Origin: Macrostomum lignano
Taxonomy: Eukaryota
DNA length: 64,000 bases
Reading direction: 5' to 3'
Assembly: GCA_002269645.1 (NCBI GenBank)
Contig: NIVC01003535.1
Span: forward strand, 1-64,000
Shown: piece by piece, positions 26,620-39,717 of the stretch
Position numbering within the stretch: position 1 is the stretch's first letter
Layout of the letters: every line of letters starts with the position of its first letter
Translations under genes and position numbers: made by a program
Notes under the pieces: model-generated
The model's input: only the letters and a program-made list of their open reading frames with translations
What the model was told of the DNA's origin: nothing
The model's database searches: none

Positions 26620-29503
26620 TCTCTACGTATAAAAATCAAAACTCTGTCTGTGTGTCTGTGTGTGTGTCTGTCTGTGGACAATTTTGATCGCTATGGACTC
26701 CCAAACCGCTCAACCAAATTACACCAAACTTTACACCCACCCTAAACTTACTACGGAGAATGTCTTAGGCTACCTTTAAATTTCCTAGACTCAAGTCTTC
26801 CTACCTAAAAGTACAAAAAACTGCTCAAAATACGCGATTTTTTTCACTAAATCCTCCATAGCGCCGCTCCACTTTTACCGATTCTTTTCAAATTTGACAC
26901 AGACAATTTTAAACTATTTTGGCACAATCGTGTAAAATTTCGAGTCTTAAAGTTAATCCTGAGCGGTGCTGTGCACTTTTAAAATTAGGCAGTTTTTTTC
27001 AGCGAGGCAGCCACCCCAACCTCCGCCCGCCTGCCTCTCTTTCCCGATCTGGTCAAAGGGTGTGAATACGTTTTAAAATGCCTAACTTTCGGCTGCCATA
27101 GTTTTGCTCCACGTGAAGCGATTGACTTCAAATTTGACACAATTCTTTATTGACTCATTCTCTGCCTACAGGTAAAGTCTCAACTGTGTATCTCAATCAG
27201 GACAGAACTTTAAGCATGTGAAGTTTGTCTGCTTTTTCTGTTGTTTGTGCCGCTCACTCACTCATTCCCCCAGCCCAGACGAAGGGTCAGGCGATAGGAC
27301 TGAATGTACATAGCAAATGTACAGTGTTTTGGAATAACTTTATTTATAGCCTTCTCTGCACCCCGAGAGCGGAGAGGCTACGTTTAGCCATAACAGTTTA
27401 GTGAGAAATTCTAACCACTGCCCTCCACTCTGTATTGGCAAACTCTGCAGCAGTTTAACAGTGGATGGCAATTGGCAAATCGAGGGAATCCACTATCCTG
27501 CTATCCAGCATGGTTTGTAAAAGCGAAAGATTTATGAAAAGGCGATGCGATGCAATGCAATACAACCCTACTAAATTAGGCACACCATGGAAATTTTAGG
27601 TTTCTTTTAAAGGTACTGTGTAAATATTAAATGGCCTCCTACTGATGCAGACTGCAGTGGTGCTGAAGATACACAAATTCCTTTCAGGGCAGCAAATTGG
27701 CAAAAAAGATGACGTGATCAAAGCTTGAGAACAGCCATGAGAGTACTACGTCCCACAAACTGGCTTTCCAAGCAGGGATGGGCAGACTTTTACCTCAAAG
27801 GCCAGAAAAGAATCCAGCTTATGGCTGAGGGGGCAGTTGAGAGTGGAGAGAAGGAATAGACTATTCGAAAAGAGAGGAGAGGTGAGAGAGGGAATAAGAG
27901 AAAAGATAATCGGAGAGATGAGGGAGTGAGGACGATGAGAGGAGAGAGGAGAGAGTAGAGGAGCGAGTAGAGGAGCGAGTAGAGAGGAGAGAGTAGAGAG
28001 CTGCAGATGAGAGGAGAGCAGAGAGAAGAGCAGAGAGGAGTTAGTAAAGAGGAGAAAGGAGAGATGAGAGAGTAAATGGAAGAGAGAAGAGATAAGGTTG
28101 TACAGATGAGAGAGGTGTAAGGAGAGATGAGAAATGAGAGATGAGAGATAAAGGAGGAGAGTGGAGAGAGAAGAGACGAGACAAGAGAGGGAGAGAGTAT
28201 ATAGAAGAGGGAAGAGAAGAGAAGAAAGGAGAAAGGAAAGTGAGGAGACTAAAGAGGTGAAAGAAAAGAGTACAGAGGACAGAATGAGAGAACATATAAG
28301 GCAGTAAAGATGACAGATGAAAGAGGCGGGATGAGCTGAGAGCATAGACGAAAATGAACAGACGAGAGATGGGAGAGTAGAGAGAACAGAGGAGAGATAA
28401 GAGAGAAGAGATTACAGAGACGAGAGGAGAGACAAAGGGAGAGAGAAGTGAGTGGGGCGAGAGGAGACAAAAGAGAATGGAGGGGAGAGAGTAGAGAGGA
28501 GAATAAAGATGGGAGAGGAGAGATAAGAGAGAGGGGGGAAGCAGAGAGAGAGAGGGGAAGCAGAGAGAGAGAGAGGGGGAAAGCAGAGAGAGAGGGGGGA
28601 AGCAGAGAGAGAGGGGGGGAAGCAGAGAGAGAGAGAGAGGGGGGAAGCAGAGAGAGAGAGAGGGGGAAGCAGAGAGAGAGAGGGGGGAAGCAGAGAGAGA
28701 GGGGGGAAGCAGAGAGAGAGGGGGGAAGCAGAGAGAGAGGGGGGAAGCAGAGAGAGAGAGGGGGGAAGCAGAGAGAGAGAGGGGAAGCAGAGAGAGAGAG
28801 GGGGGAAGCAGAGAGAGAGAGGGGAAGCAGAGAGAGAGGGGAGAAGCAGAGAGAGAGGGGGGGAAGCAGAGAGAAAGGGGGGGAAGCTGAGAGAGAGGGG
28901 GGAAGCAGAGAGAAATGAAAAGAGATAAAAGAGAAGAGAGAGAGAAGAGAAAGGAGAGATCAGGGAGCAAATAAAGACGTGAGAGAAGAGAGGTGAAGAA
29001 AAAGACGAGAGAAGAGTGGGAGGAGAGGAAAGAGAAAAGAAAAGAAAAGAGATGAGATAAGAGAGATGAAAAAGAAGATAAATGAGGGAAGATACGAGAG
29101 AAGAGGGGAGAGAGGAAAGAGGAAAAAGAGAAGAGAGGAGAGGAGAGAGAGCAGAGAGGAGAGACGAGAGAGAAGAGAGGAAACAGAAGAGAAGATAGAA
29201 GTTTCAAAGGATCGAAGAGACGTAGGGAGAGTCAGAGGCAGAGGCCAGAGTTTGCCAATACATGTTTTAGAGTCAGACAGACATTAACTGCCTATTTAAA
29301 GTAAAAAGCACCCCAGCCAACAAGATCAATGTTTGCCTCAAATTCTAATTTTACACGAATGTACTCCATTTTATGTCTACCTCTATCCTACTAACTATTA
29401 ACAAGTTTTTGTTTGAGTATGGCCTCAGATTTCAGAATACATGGAAAAATAGTTCCGGGATTGGAATTCCCCGGGTTCAAAATCCGCGGGTTTCAACAGC
29501 TTG
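26620..29503 (+). mobile_element. Helitron-like unit 7 (2884 bp)
   Basis: Junction CTTG|TC at 26619|26620; internal G-run/AAGCAGAGAG minisatellite at ~28533-28913. Confidence 0.8.
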
Positions 29504-32297
29504 TCTCTACATATAAAAATCAAAACTCTGTCTGTGTGTCTGTGTGTGTGTCTGTCTGTGGACAATTTTGATCGCTATGGACTCCCAAACCGCTCAACCA
29601 AATTACACCAAACTTTACACCCACCCTAAACTTACTACGGAGAATGTCTTAGGCTACCTTTAAATTTCCTAGACTCAAGTTTTCTTACCTAAAAGTACAA
29701 AAAACTGCTCAAAATACGCGATTTTTTCACTAAATCCTCCATAGCGCCGCTCCACTTTTACCGATTCTTTTCAAATTTGACACAGATAATCTTAAACTAT
29801 TTTAGCACAATTATGTAAAATTTTAAGTCTCAAAGTTAATCCTGAGCGGTGCTGTGCACTTTTAAAATTAGGCTGTTTTTTTTCAGCGTAGCAACCACCC
29901 CAACCTCCGCCCGCCTCTCTTTCCCGATCTGGGCCCAGATGTGTAAAAGGGTTTCAAAATTGACTAACTTTCAGCTGCCATAAGTTTGCTCCACGTAAAG
30001 CGATTGACTTTACACAATTCTTTATTGACTCATTATCTATCTAAATGTAAAGTTTCAACTCTGTAACTCAACCGAAAAAGAAACTGTAAGCATGTGAAGT
30101 TTGTCTGCTTTTTCTGTTGTTTGTGCCACTCACTCACTCATTCCCCCAGCCCAGACGAAGGGTCAGGCGATAGGGCTGAATGTACATAGCAAATGTACAG
30201 TGTTTTGGAATAACTTTTTAATAGCCTTCTCTGTACCCCCGCGCGTGGAGAGGCTACGTTTAGCCATGACAGTTTAGTGAGAAATTCTAACCACTGTCCT
30301 CTGTATTGGTACTATTGGCAAACTCTGCAGCAGTTTAACAGTGGATGGCAAATCGAGGGAATCCAGCATCCCCAGCATGGTTTGTAAAAGCGAAAGATTT
30401 ATGAAAAGGCGATGCAATGCAATACAACCCTACTAAATTAGTCACAGTCACACCATGGAAATTTAAGCTTTCTCTTAAAAATACTTTGAAATTTAATTGG
30501 CCTCCTAAGAAATGCGTATTTCCTTGGTTGTTAGACTGCTGCAGACTGTGGTTGTGGAGCTGGAGAATGGAGATACACAAATTCCTCTCAGGGCTGCTAA
30601 TTGGCCAGAAAGATGACGTGATTAAAGCATGAGAAATGATAACCATGATAGTACTACGTCCCATGATAGTACTTTCGAAGCAGGGATCGGCAGATTTTTA
30701 TCTCAAAGGCCAGATAAAGAATCCAGCTCATTGCTGCGGGCCAGATGAGAGTGAAAAGGAAAAGGAATAGACTATTAGAGAGGGAGAAGGGGCGAGAGGG
30801 GGATAAGAGAAAAGATAGAAGATAACAGGAGAGACGAGGGGGTTGAGGAGAGAGCAGAGAATATGGGACGAAGAAGCGAGAGGAGGGGAGAGAGAAGGGA
30901 GAGGAAATAGTAGAGGTGAGAAGATGGAGAGAGAAGAGAGGAGAGATGAGACAGGATCGATCAGAGAGGAGAAAGGAAGGAGAGATGATAGAGTAAAGGG
31001 AAGAGGAGGAGAGAGGAAAGAAATGAGATTGTAGAGATGAGACAGATGAAAGGAGAGATGAGAGAGTAAAGATGAGAGATTAAAAAGGTGAGAGGAGAGT
31101 GCAGAGAGACGAGAGAAGATAATAGAGAGAGAGTATAGAAGAGGGAAGAGAAAAGAAGAGAGGAGTAAGGAAAGAGAGGAGTCAGAAGAGGGGAAAGAAA
31201 AGAGTACACAGGAAAGAGGAGAGTAAAAATGACAGAAGAGCGAGGGGGATGAGAGAGCAAAGATGAGAGTGAACAGACGAAGGAGAGATGAGAAGTGAGA
31301 TAAGAGAGATAAAGGAGGAGAGAGTGGAGAGAGAAGAGAGAAGACAAGAGAGGGAGACAGTATAGAAGAGGGAAGAGAAGAGAAGAGAAGAGGAGAAAGG
31401 AGAAAGGAAAGAGAGGAGTCAGAAGAGGTGAAAGAGAAGAGTACAGGTGAGAGAACGTATAAGAGAGTAAAGATGACAGATGAGAGAGCAGAGATGAGGG
31501 TAAACAGACGAGAGATGGGAGAGTAGAGAGAACAGAGGAGAGATAAGAGAGAAGAGATTACAGAAACTAGAGGAGAGAGGAGAGACAGGGAGAGAGAAGT
31601 GAGTGAGGAGAGAGAAGAGGAAAGAGGAGAATGAAGAGGGCAGAGAGTAGAGAGGAGAAGAGAGATGGGAGAGGAGAGATGAAAGAGAGAGAGAGAGAGA
31701 GAGAGACCAGAGCAGAGCAGAGCAGAGAAAAACGAGAAGAGATAAGAGAGAAAAGATAAAAGAAGAGAAAGGAGAGATGAGAGAGCAGACGAGAGAGAAG
31801 AGAGGTGAGGGAAGAGACGAGAGACGAGGGGAGAGAGGAGAGATAAAACAAGAAAAGAGATGAGAGGAAAGAGAGAGAGGAAAGAGTAGAGAGAAGGTAG
31901 AGACGAGAGAAAAGGGGGAGAGAGGAGAGGAGAAAGAGAAGAAAGGAGAGTCGAGGGACGAGAGAGAAGAGAGGAAACAGAAGAGAAGATACAAGTTGCA
32001 ATCGATCCAAGGTACGTAGGGAGAGTCAGAGGCAGAGGCCAGAGTTTGCCAATGCATGTTTTAGAGTCAGACAGACATTGCCCGACATTCTGCGCAGCAT
32101 GTACCCCAGCCAACAATATCAAATGTTTGCCTCAAATCCTAATTTTACACGAATGTACTCCATTTTATGTTTACTCTATCCTACTAACTATTAACAAGTT
32201 TTTGTTTGAGTATGACCTCAGATCTCAGAGCACATGCACAAATATTTCCGGGAATCGGAATTCCCCGGGTTCAAAATCCACGGGTTTCAACAGCTTG
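29504..32297 (+). mobile_element. Helitron-like unit 8 (2794 bp)
   Basis: Junction CTTG|TC at 29503|29504. Confidence 0.8.
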
Positions 32298-34337
32298 TCT
32301 CTAACTATAAAAATCAAAACTCTGTCTGTGTGTCTGTCTGTCTGTGGACAATTTTGATCGCTATGGACTCCCAAACCGCTCAACCAAATTACGCCAAACT
32401 TTACACCCACCCTAAACGTACTACGGAGAATGTCTTAGGCTACCTTTAAATTTCCTAGACTCAAGTCTTCCTACCTAAAAGTACAAAAAACTGCTCAAAA
32501 TGCGCGATTTTTTCACTTAATCCTCCATAGCGCCGCTCCACTTCTACCGATTCTCTTCAAATTTGACACAGAAAATCTTCAACTATTTTGACACAATCGT
32601 GTAAAATTTCGAATCTGAAAGTTAATCCTGAACGGCGCTGTGCACGTTTAAAGTTTGGCTGTTTTTTTCAGCGAGGCAGCCACCCCAACCTCCACCCGCC
32701 TGGCTCTCTTTCCCGATTCCGATCTGGGCCCAGATGTGTAAAAGGGTTTCAAAATTGACTAACTTTCAGCTGCCATAAGTTTGCTCCACGTAAAGCGATT
32801 GACTTCAAACTTGACACAATTCTTCATTGACTCATTCTCTATCTAAATGTAAAGTTTCAACTCTGTAACTCAACCGAAAAAGAAACTGTAAGCATGTGAA
32901 GTTTGTCTGCTTTTTCTGTTGTTTGTGCCACTCACTCACTCATTCCCCCAGCCCAGACGAAGGGTCAGGCGATAGGGCTGAATGTACATAGCAAATGTAC
33001 AGTGTTTTGGAATAACTTTTTAATAGCCTTCTCTGTACCCCCGCGCGTGGAGAGGCTACGTTTAGCCATGACAGTTTAGTGAGAAATTCTAACCACTGTC
33101 CTCTGTATTGGCAAACTCTGCAGCAGTTTAACAGTGGATGGCAAATCGAGGGAATCCAGCATGGTTTGTAAAAGCGAAAGATTTATGAAAAGGCGATGCA
33201 CTGCAATACAACCCTACTAAATTAGTCACACCATGGAAATTTTAGGTTTCTCTTAAAAGTACTTTAAATTTTAAATGTCCTCCTAAGAAATTCGTATTTC
33301 CTTGGTTGTTAGACTGATGCAGACTGCAGTGGAGCTGAAAATACACAAATTCCTTTCAGGACTGCAAATTGGCAAGAAAGATGACATGATCAAAGCATGA
33401 GAACAGCCATGAGAGTACTACGTCCCACAAACTGGCTTTCCAAGCAGAAATGGGCAGATTTTTACTTCAAAAGCCAGATAAAGAATCCAGTATCCAGCTT
33501 ATGTGCGGGCCAGATGAGAGTGGAAAGGAGAAGGAATAGACTATTAGAAGAGAGGAGAGGCGAGAGGGGGTATGAGAAAACATGGAATATAAGAGGAGAG
33601 ACAAGTGGTGAGAAGAGAGCAGAGAAGAAGGGAGGAAGAAGCGAGATGAGGGGAGAAAGGAGGGAGAGGAAAGAGTAAAGGTGAGAAGAGGGGAGAGATG
33701 AGACAGAGGATCGATGAGAGGAGAGTAGAGAAGAGTGAGAAGAGAGTAGAGATGAGAGAGCAGAAAGAAGATGACAGAGGGTCAAGAGGAGAGGAGAGAT
33801 TAGAGAGGAGAGAGTAGAAAGGATAGAAAAGAGAGGAGATAAGAGGGGGAGAGAAGGGGTGAGAAGAAAAGAGATAGAGATAAGAGAGGGGTGTAAGAAG
33901 ATGGGAGAAAGGAGAGATGAGAGAGTAAAAGGAAGAGGAGGAGAGAGGAAAAAGATGAAATGTAGAGATGAGACAGATGAAAGAAGAGATGAGAGATGAA
34001 AAAGGTGAGAGGAGAGTGCAGAGAGACGAGAGAAGATAATAGAGGAGAGAGAGAGTATAGAAGAGGGAAGAGAAAAGAAGAGAGGAGTAAGGAAAGAGAG
34101 GAGTCAGAAGAGGTGAAAGAGAAGAGTACAGAGGAGATAAGTGAGAGAACGTATAAGAGAGTAATGATGACAGATGAGAAAGCAGATGAACAGACGAGAG
34201 ATGGGAGAGTACAGAGAACAGAGGAGAGATAAGAGAGAAGAGATTACAGAGACTAGAGGAGAGAGGAGAGACAGAGAGAGAGAAGAGGAAATAGGAGAAT
34301 GAAGAGGGGAGAGAGTAGAGAGGAGAAGAGAGATTGG

Positions 34338-34406
<69 letters not shown>

Positions 34407-35117
34407 CAGAGCAGATAGAAACGAGAAGAGATAAGAGAGGCAAGATAAAAGAAGAGAAAGGAGAGATGAAAGAGCAGACGAGAGAGAAGAGAGGTGAGGG
34501 AAGAGACGAGCGACGAGGGGAGAGAGAAGATATAAAACAAGAAAAGAGATGAGAGGAAACAGAGAGAGGAAAGAGGTGAGGGAAGAGACGAGAGAAGAGG
34601 GGAGAGAGGAGAGAGAGAGGAGGGAGAAAACGAAAGAGTAGAGAGGAGAGAGGAGAGCAGAGAGAAAACGAAAAGTAGAAAGGAGAGTGGAGAGGAGAGA
34701 GAAAAGAATAGGGAAGAGAGATGAAACAGAAGAGAGATGAGGGAAGATACAAGAGAAGAGAGGAGAGAGGAGAGAAGAGAGAGGAGAGAGGAGAGACGAG
34801 GGATGGGAGAGAAGAAAGGAAAGAGACGATAGAAATTTTAAAGGATCCAAGGGACATAGGGAGAGTCAGGGAGAGGCCAGAGTTTGCCAATACATGTTTT
34901 AGAGTCAGACATTGCCTGGCATTCTGTGGAGTACCCCAGCAAACAATATCAACGTTTGCCTCAAACCCTAATTTTACACGAATGTGCTCCATTTTATGTC
35001 TACCTCTATCCTACTATTAATTTGTTTGTGTATGGCCTTAGATTTCAGAATACATGCAAAAGTAGTTCCGGGGATTAGAATTCCCCGGGTTCAAAATCCG
35101 CGGGTTTCAACAGCTTG
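32298..35117 (+). mobile_element. Helitron-like unit 9 (2820 bp)
   Basis: Junction CTTG|TC at 32297|32298; ends CTTG|T at 35117, followed by unique flank. Confidence 0.8.
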
Positions 35118-35343
35118 TTTAATGTAAAAATAATTTTTACGTAAGAATAGTCTCATACTACTTTTAAAAATTGGAAAGTAGTCTGGGAGATGAAGTTTTC
35201 CAAGACTCCTCTGTTTAGTTGTATTCATAAACACGGGCGAGAACTATGAAAATCTAATTATAAATTGAAACACATCTCAAAAAAATTGGTAAAACTTCTG
35301 AGTAACTTGAATCGAGCATTCTGTGTAGAGTTCTGTGGCTTGA

Positions 35344-36000
35344 TTTGTAAGCCAAGTTTGATAGTTGAGCCAACCAAGTTGAGAATACTAATTTGGCAGT
35401 AGATCTGGTCTTGCCCATAGACATAGACAGAAAATTGGCAATCAGTTTGATGATTCGGCCATAGACATCAGCGCAAAGGATGTCAGTAAAAATAAGAATG
35501 CAATGGTTTGCATAGGTGCTCGCAACTTGTGCAAACCAGCTTTAGTGATCAGCCACCCCCTGCCTTTGTGCATCTGTGTGGGGCGGGCTGTACTTACGAG
35601 CGTAGCCCCGCCCCCCTCCGCTGGCTATTTAGCACGCCGTTTCAGCGTTGCGCTCATTGTTCTTGCTGCTATAATTTGTCTATGTCTATGTCTATGTCTA
35701 TGTCTATGTCTATGTCTATGTCTATGTCTATGTCTATGTCTATGTCTATGTCTATGTCTATGTCTATGTCTATGTCTATGTCTATGTCTATGTCTATGTC
35801 TATGTCTATGTCTATGTCTATGTCTATGTCTATGTCTATGTCTATGTCTATGTCTATGTCTATGTCTTTATCTATGTCTATGTCTTTATCTATGTCTATG
35901 TCCATCTCTATGTATATGTCTATGTCTATGGGCAAGACCAAGTCTACCGCTGCCAAATGGGGATTCTCCAACTTGGTTGGCTTAGCTTGGCTGACAAAAG
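35344..36000. mobile_element. Degenerate inverted-repeat-bounded (foldback/MITE-like) segment
   Basis: Perfect inverted match 35406-35429 vs 35917-35940, another at 35368-35380 vs 35970-35982, and looser similarity out to ~35344/36000. No TSD identified. Confidence 0.45.
35678..35930. repeat. (GTCTAT)n hexanucleotide microsatellite
   Basis: Near-perfect tandem hexamers, degenerate at the right end. Confidence 0.97.
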
Positions 36001-36142
36001 CAATACTATATAGCTCGTAGTAATTCGGCAAATGTAAAAGCCTCGCCCCCGGGCATGTTAGAGATTTTCTTCTTGTAGAGTACGGCTCACCTCCGTATTA
36101 ACTCTGCTGCCGAGCCTCTGTCAGCCTCTCTTCTCTTCCCGC

Positions 36143-36147
<5 letters not shown>

Positions 36148-36236
<89 letters not shown>

Positions 36237-36237
36237 T
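36148..36237. repeat. (CT)n microsatellite
   Basis: Visible directly in the sequence. Confidence 0.97.
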
Positions 36238-37023
36238 TCAATGTTAGTCCCGCTTGTATTCCCTAGAGGGAAGCCGATTTACAAGAATGCGCTGCCCCCC
36301 CCCCCCCCCTAGCTACAAGCCACTCTCTCGTCCATGTGTTGCTATAGAATGCCAATCCCATAGCCCAGAACACTACGCTTCGTCCAGTTTCGCTCAAGCT
36401 ACATCGGTGTGTGTGTTGGTGCGCCCGTGTCATTAAAATTAATCCACATCGAATATTTGACAGCTGCGAGAGTCATAGAGAAGAGAATTTAGTTTTTAGT
36501 TAAATTATTTTTTTGGAGACAGGAGTATGGAGAAGTACATGTAGCAGTCCTCTGGCTCCCACAGCGTGCCATCCTGAGCTGCCCGACGTCATTTCACTAG
36601 AAGGTTCTGTCAATTATATATGCTGGTCTATAGTATTAGCACATTTCATATCTACAGGAAACTGTTCTCCTAATAATTTACACTATCTTGGATTTATTCG
36701 ACATTACATCGGTTTATCACTACCAGTCCAAGTGTTTCAAACAGATGTCCATGGTGCACAAGAATCTGACGAGTACAAGCTCCATTCTGATTGGCTGTTG
36801 AAATGCTAGCATACGGTATTCGGTATATATGTATATATACTCCTTTCGCTATTCCTCTCACCCAGATTAGCAATCCCGAATCACTCGCTCCCCGCTTCCT
36901 GGTACAGAGCTGCCTCAGGGAAAAATTCCCCTCTTGAGCTACTCAACTGCATGGGATAAAATAATCCCACTCTGTCGCCTCAGATTTTATCCTGTCAATG
37001 GTTGTTCCGCATCCGGCTGCTGA

Positions 37024-37547
37024 TTAAAGGCCTTGAGGTGAGTAATTTGTCATCCATGTTCTGAACACTTTGCCATCATTGTATTCACAGCACAAAAATT
37101 CTCTCCCCAAGATTTTCACGAGTTCTTGTTGCCAAGCATTCGAATGCGGCTTCATCAATACACGAATAGCACACCGTTGGTAATAAATCAATTTATCTGC
37201 TGGGGTTTTTTGGCATTTTCCCCCAGCAAAGCATCGGGGAAAAACGCCCCCACGAGCGGGCTGGCCCCGACAGAAGGATGAAGGATAAGCCACAAGCAGT
37301 GCATTGTTTGGCAAATGGCGACACGCTGTGTTTACTAAACCCGGCTAGCATGAGGCTAAGGAAATTGCTACAGGTTTTGCCCATCTGTGACTGCGCATCT
37401 GCATTGGCCGAACCCCTGAACTAATGGACCGCAGTTGATTTTTATCTTTGAAGAATTTCTGCACTCGTTCAGCATAGCTGCGCCTTTTTGTATAGAAGTC
37501 TGACAAATTCACAGCTTCAAGCAAATTACTTGGGCCTGCGCAAGTAC
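37024..37547 (-). pseudogene. Putative frameshifted exon of an unidentified minus-strand gene
   Basis: Acceptor CTCTCCAG| at 37548. Adding one T to the run at 37523-25 gives VLAQAQVILLEAVNLSDFYTKRRSYAERVQKFFKDKNQLRSISSG. Staggered ORFs in all three frames follow. Confidence 0.35.
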
Positions 37548-37616
37548 CTGGAGAGTTCATTTCTTAGAAATAATTTCGTTAATGCTTTTGCTCCGACTTT
37601 CGTTAATGCTCTATCT

Positions 37617-37810
37617 CCTCTATCTCTTATCTCTACCTCTCTTCTCCACCTCTCTCCTCCACCTCTCCTCCATCTATCTCTACCTCTCTTCTCCACACTC
37701 CCTCCTCTACCTCTCCTCCATCTATCTCTACCTCTCTTCTCCACACTCCCTCCTCTACCTCTCCTCCACCTCTCCGCCACCTCTCATCTACCTCTCTCCT
37801 CGTCTCTTCC
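37617..37810. repeat. CT-rich low-complexity tract with a 48-bp tandem duplication
   Basis: CATCTATCTCTACCTCTCTT... at 37671 and 37719. Confidence 0.8.
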
Positions 37811-38314
37811 CAAATCTCTGCTCCGACTCCTCTACTTCATTCTTTCACACCCAGCTCGGCTACTCCTGCCCTCTGTCGCCATCTATCTATCCATCTTAGG
37901 AGCGCACAGCTTCCATCAATTGCAGAAACCGCACTTCAGTACACAATAACTGAGAGCGCAGTCGCACACGCAAAACAACAATTCTTTTTGGACAGACAGA
38001 AAATAATTATGCTGCTACGAGTATAATATCATTTCAGAATTTTAGTATTTGGCATTGGATCATGCATATATTCACACATCTATTCCAATTCCCAACTCCC
38101 ACCCCATCGCCATTTCGCCTTTTTCTGCTTTTGGATTTTTCTAGCAGAAATTAACTGCCCATATATTCGGTGCACATGTGAAAGAGTCAACCACCGGCTG
38201 TTCTCGTACTCCATCGACTGAGCACTTTGCCGAGTCAATCTCTTTTTCACTCGAGAGAAAGAGGGAGGGATCAGGGACCACTAGTACATACTATACATAT
38301 AATATCTTAGTAGA

Positions 38315-38521
38315 GGTTGTAGCCTAGTGATTACAGCGTCGGACTCACGACTTGATGGTCGGGGGTTCGATTCCAGATTCCACTGCAACAATTTATGTCC
38401 TTGAGCAAGACACTCAACTCTGCATTGCTTCAGTTCACCCAGCTGTAAAATGGGTGCCAGCATTAGCTGGGGTAATTGAGGCTGTGTGTGGCGACCCCCC
38501 AGTCCTTGGACCGAACAGCCG
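38315..38521 (+). mobile_element. tRNA-derived CORE-type SINE, copy 1
   Basis: A-box-like TAGCCTAGTGA, B box GGTTCGATTCC (38364-74), and a MIR/CORE-like segment at 38397-38454. A second copy lies inverted at 48389-48595. Confidence 0.8.
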
Positions 38522-38897
38522 TTGGGTTGCATTTAAGCCAATAAACGATGAAGCCATCCATCCCAGCTTCATGTGATTGTCGTAAGAGCTAAGTTTTGAT
38601 ACAACGGTAACTTTTAGTAGTGGTCCTTGGGGATATAAGAGAGAGTGAGACAGATTTTGGGATAAAAAAGACGTGAAAAAACTTACACAAGAGTTGGACA
38701 TCCCGTCCCATGATTTCCCATTGCATTGCCCACAATAAGCTACTCAATATTGGTGAGCCCTGCCGCAACAGAAAAAGCAGAGCTGCTTTGTTAAAAGCAA
38801 AAAGCGCTTACGAAGAGTCGCATTGCTGATGTTATCCAGAAAAAATGTTGCAATTTAATTAAGCCAACCGCCCGCCGCTCCTAACCGTCGGTGACAT

Positions 38898-38940
<43 letters not shown>

Positions 38941-39328
38941 GCTGGTAGTTCTGGGTCGAGAATTTCACTAAGCACAAGTGCACAGTGTTTACTACTAAAA
39001 TATAATTACAATTAATAAAGCAATGGTTGGGATCCTTGATTGACAGGCCAGATGGCCTGGTGGGCTCTTCAATCGGACTCGTATTCATTAGCCTCGTATT
39101 ATTCAGACGTTGAGACTGCTACATTGGGGGGGTTCTAGAGAGAACTGCAGCCTCACTAAGCCTTGATGTAGGGGAACAGATGGTCTAGTTACTAAGGCGA
39201 TCGTGCTCAGACAAGCTAATCAGGCTGCTCACTATTGTGAATTGCTCTACTAATCAATTAATGAATTAGAATCTAGCAGAATTCCCCAGATTCTCAGCAG
39301 AAACATTGCAAATCAGGAAATTTCTTAC

Positions 39329-39519
39329 TTCTAAAATTTCTTTTAGACTCTTGATTGAATAGCGATGAAGCTGGCAAAGTCCTTCATCTCTGTTGGATTC
39401 ATCATCGGCTGCCTGTACTGCGGCAAGGGCTCTGGCGATAGAGTGTGAGTAGCTCCCAGTGTATTGGAGACTGGCTTCATTCAGTGATTGCTTTTTTATT
39501 TTATTGCACTCGCTCTTAA
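39329..39519 (-). CDS. Putative internal exon of the unidentified minus-strand gene
   Basis: CATCCAG| acceptor and |GTAAGA donor bracket 191 nt reading KSECNKIKKQSLNEASLQYTGSYSHSIARALAAVQAADDESNRDEGLCQLHRYSIKSLKEILE. Confidence 0.4.
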
Positions 39520-39717
39520 CTGGATGAAGCAAGCTTGTGCTGTAATGTTTACCAAGGCGGCAGTTGAGGAAGCAAGCAGTCGAACCCATACCGCTGGCCC
39601 CAGAGCATGTACACAGATGGGTATGGAGACACACGCTCACTCAGGGTGCACAGCGGCCATCAGGCAGTGTTCATTGCTTTTGTCCGTCAACTTGACTATG
39701 AAGCCACTGCCACCTGA

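Noticed and set aside
35503-36031. CLCLCL / MSMSMS / IDIDID ORFs
   Set aside because: Translations of the hexamer microsatellite.
38315-38380. Possible tRNA genes at the SINE heads (also ~48530-48595 and ~48940-49001)
   Set aside because: A/B boxes are present, but I could not fold a convincing cloverleaf and each head continues into a repeated SINE body.
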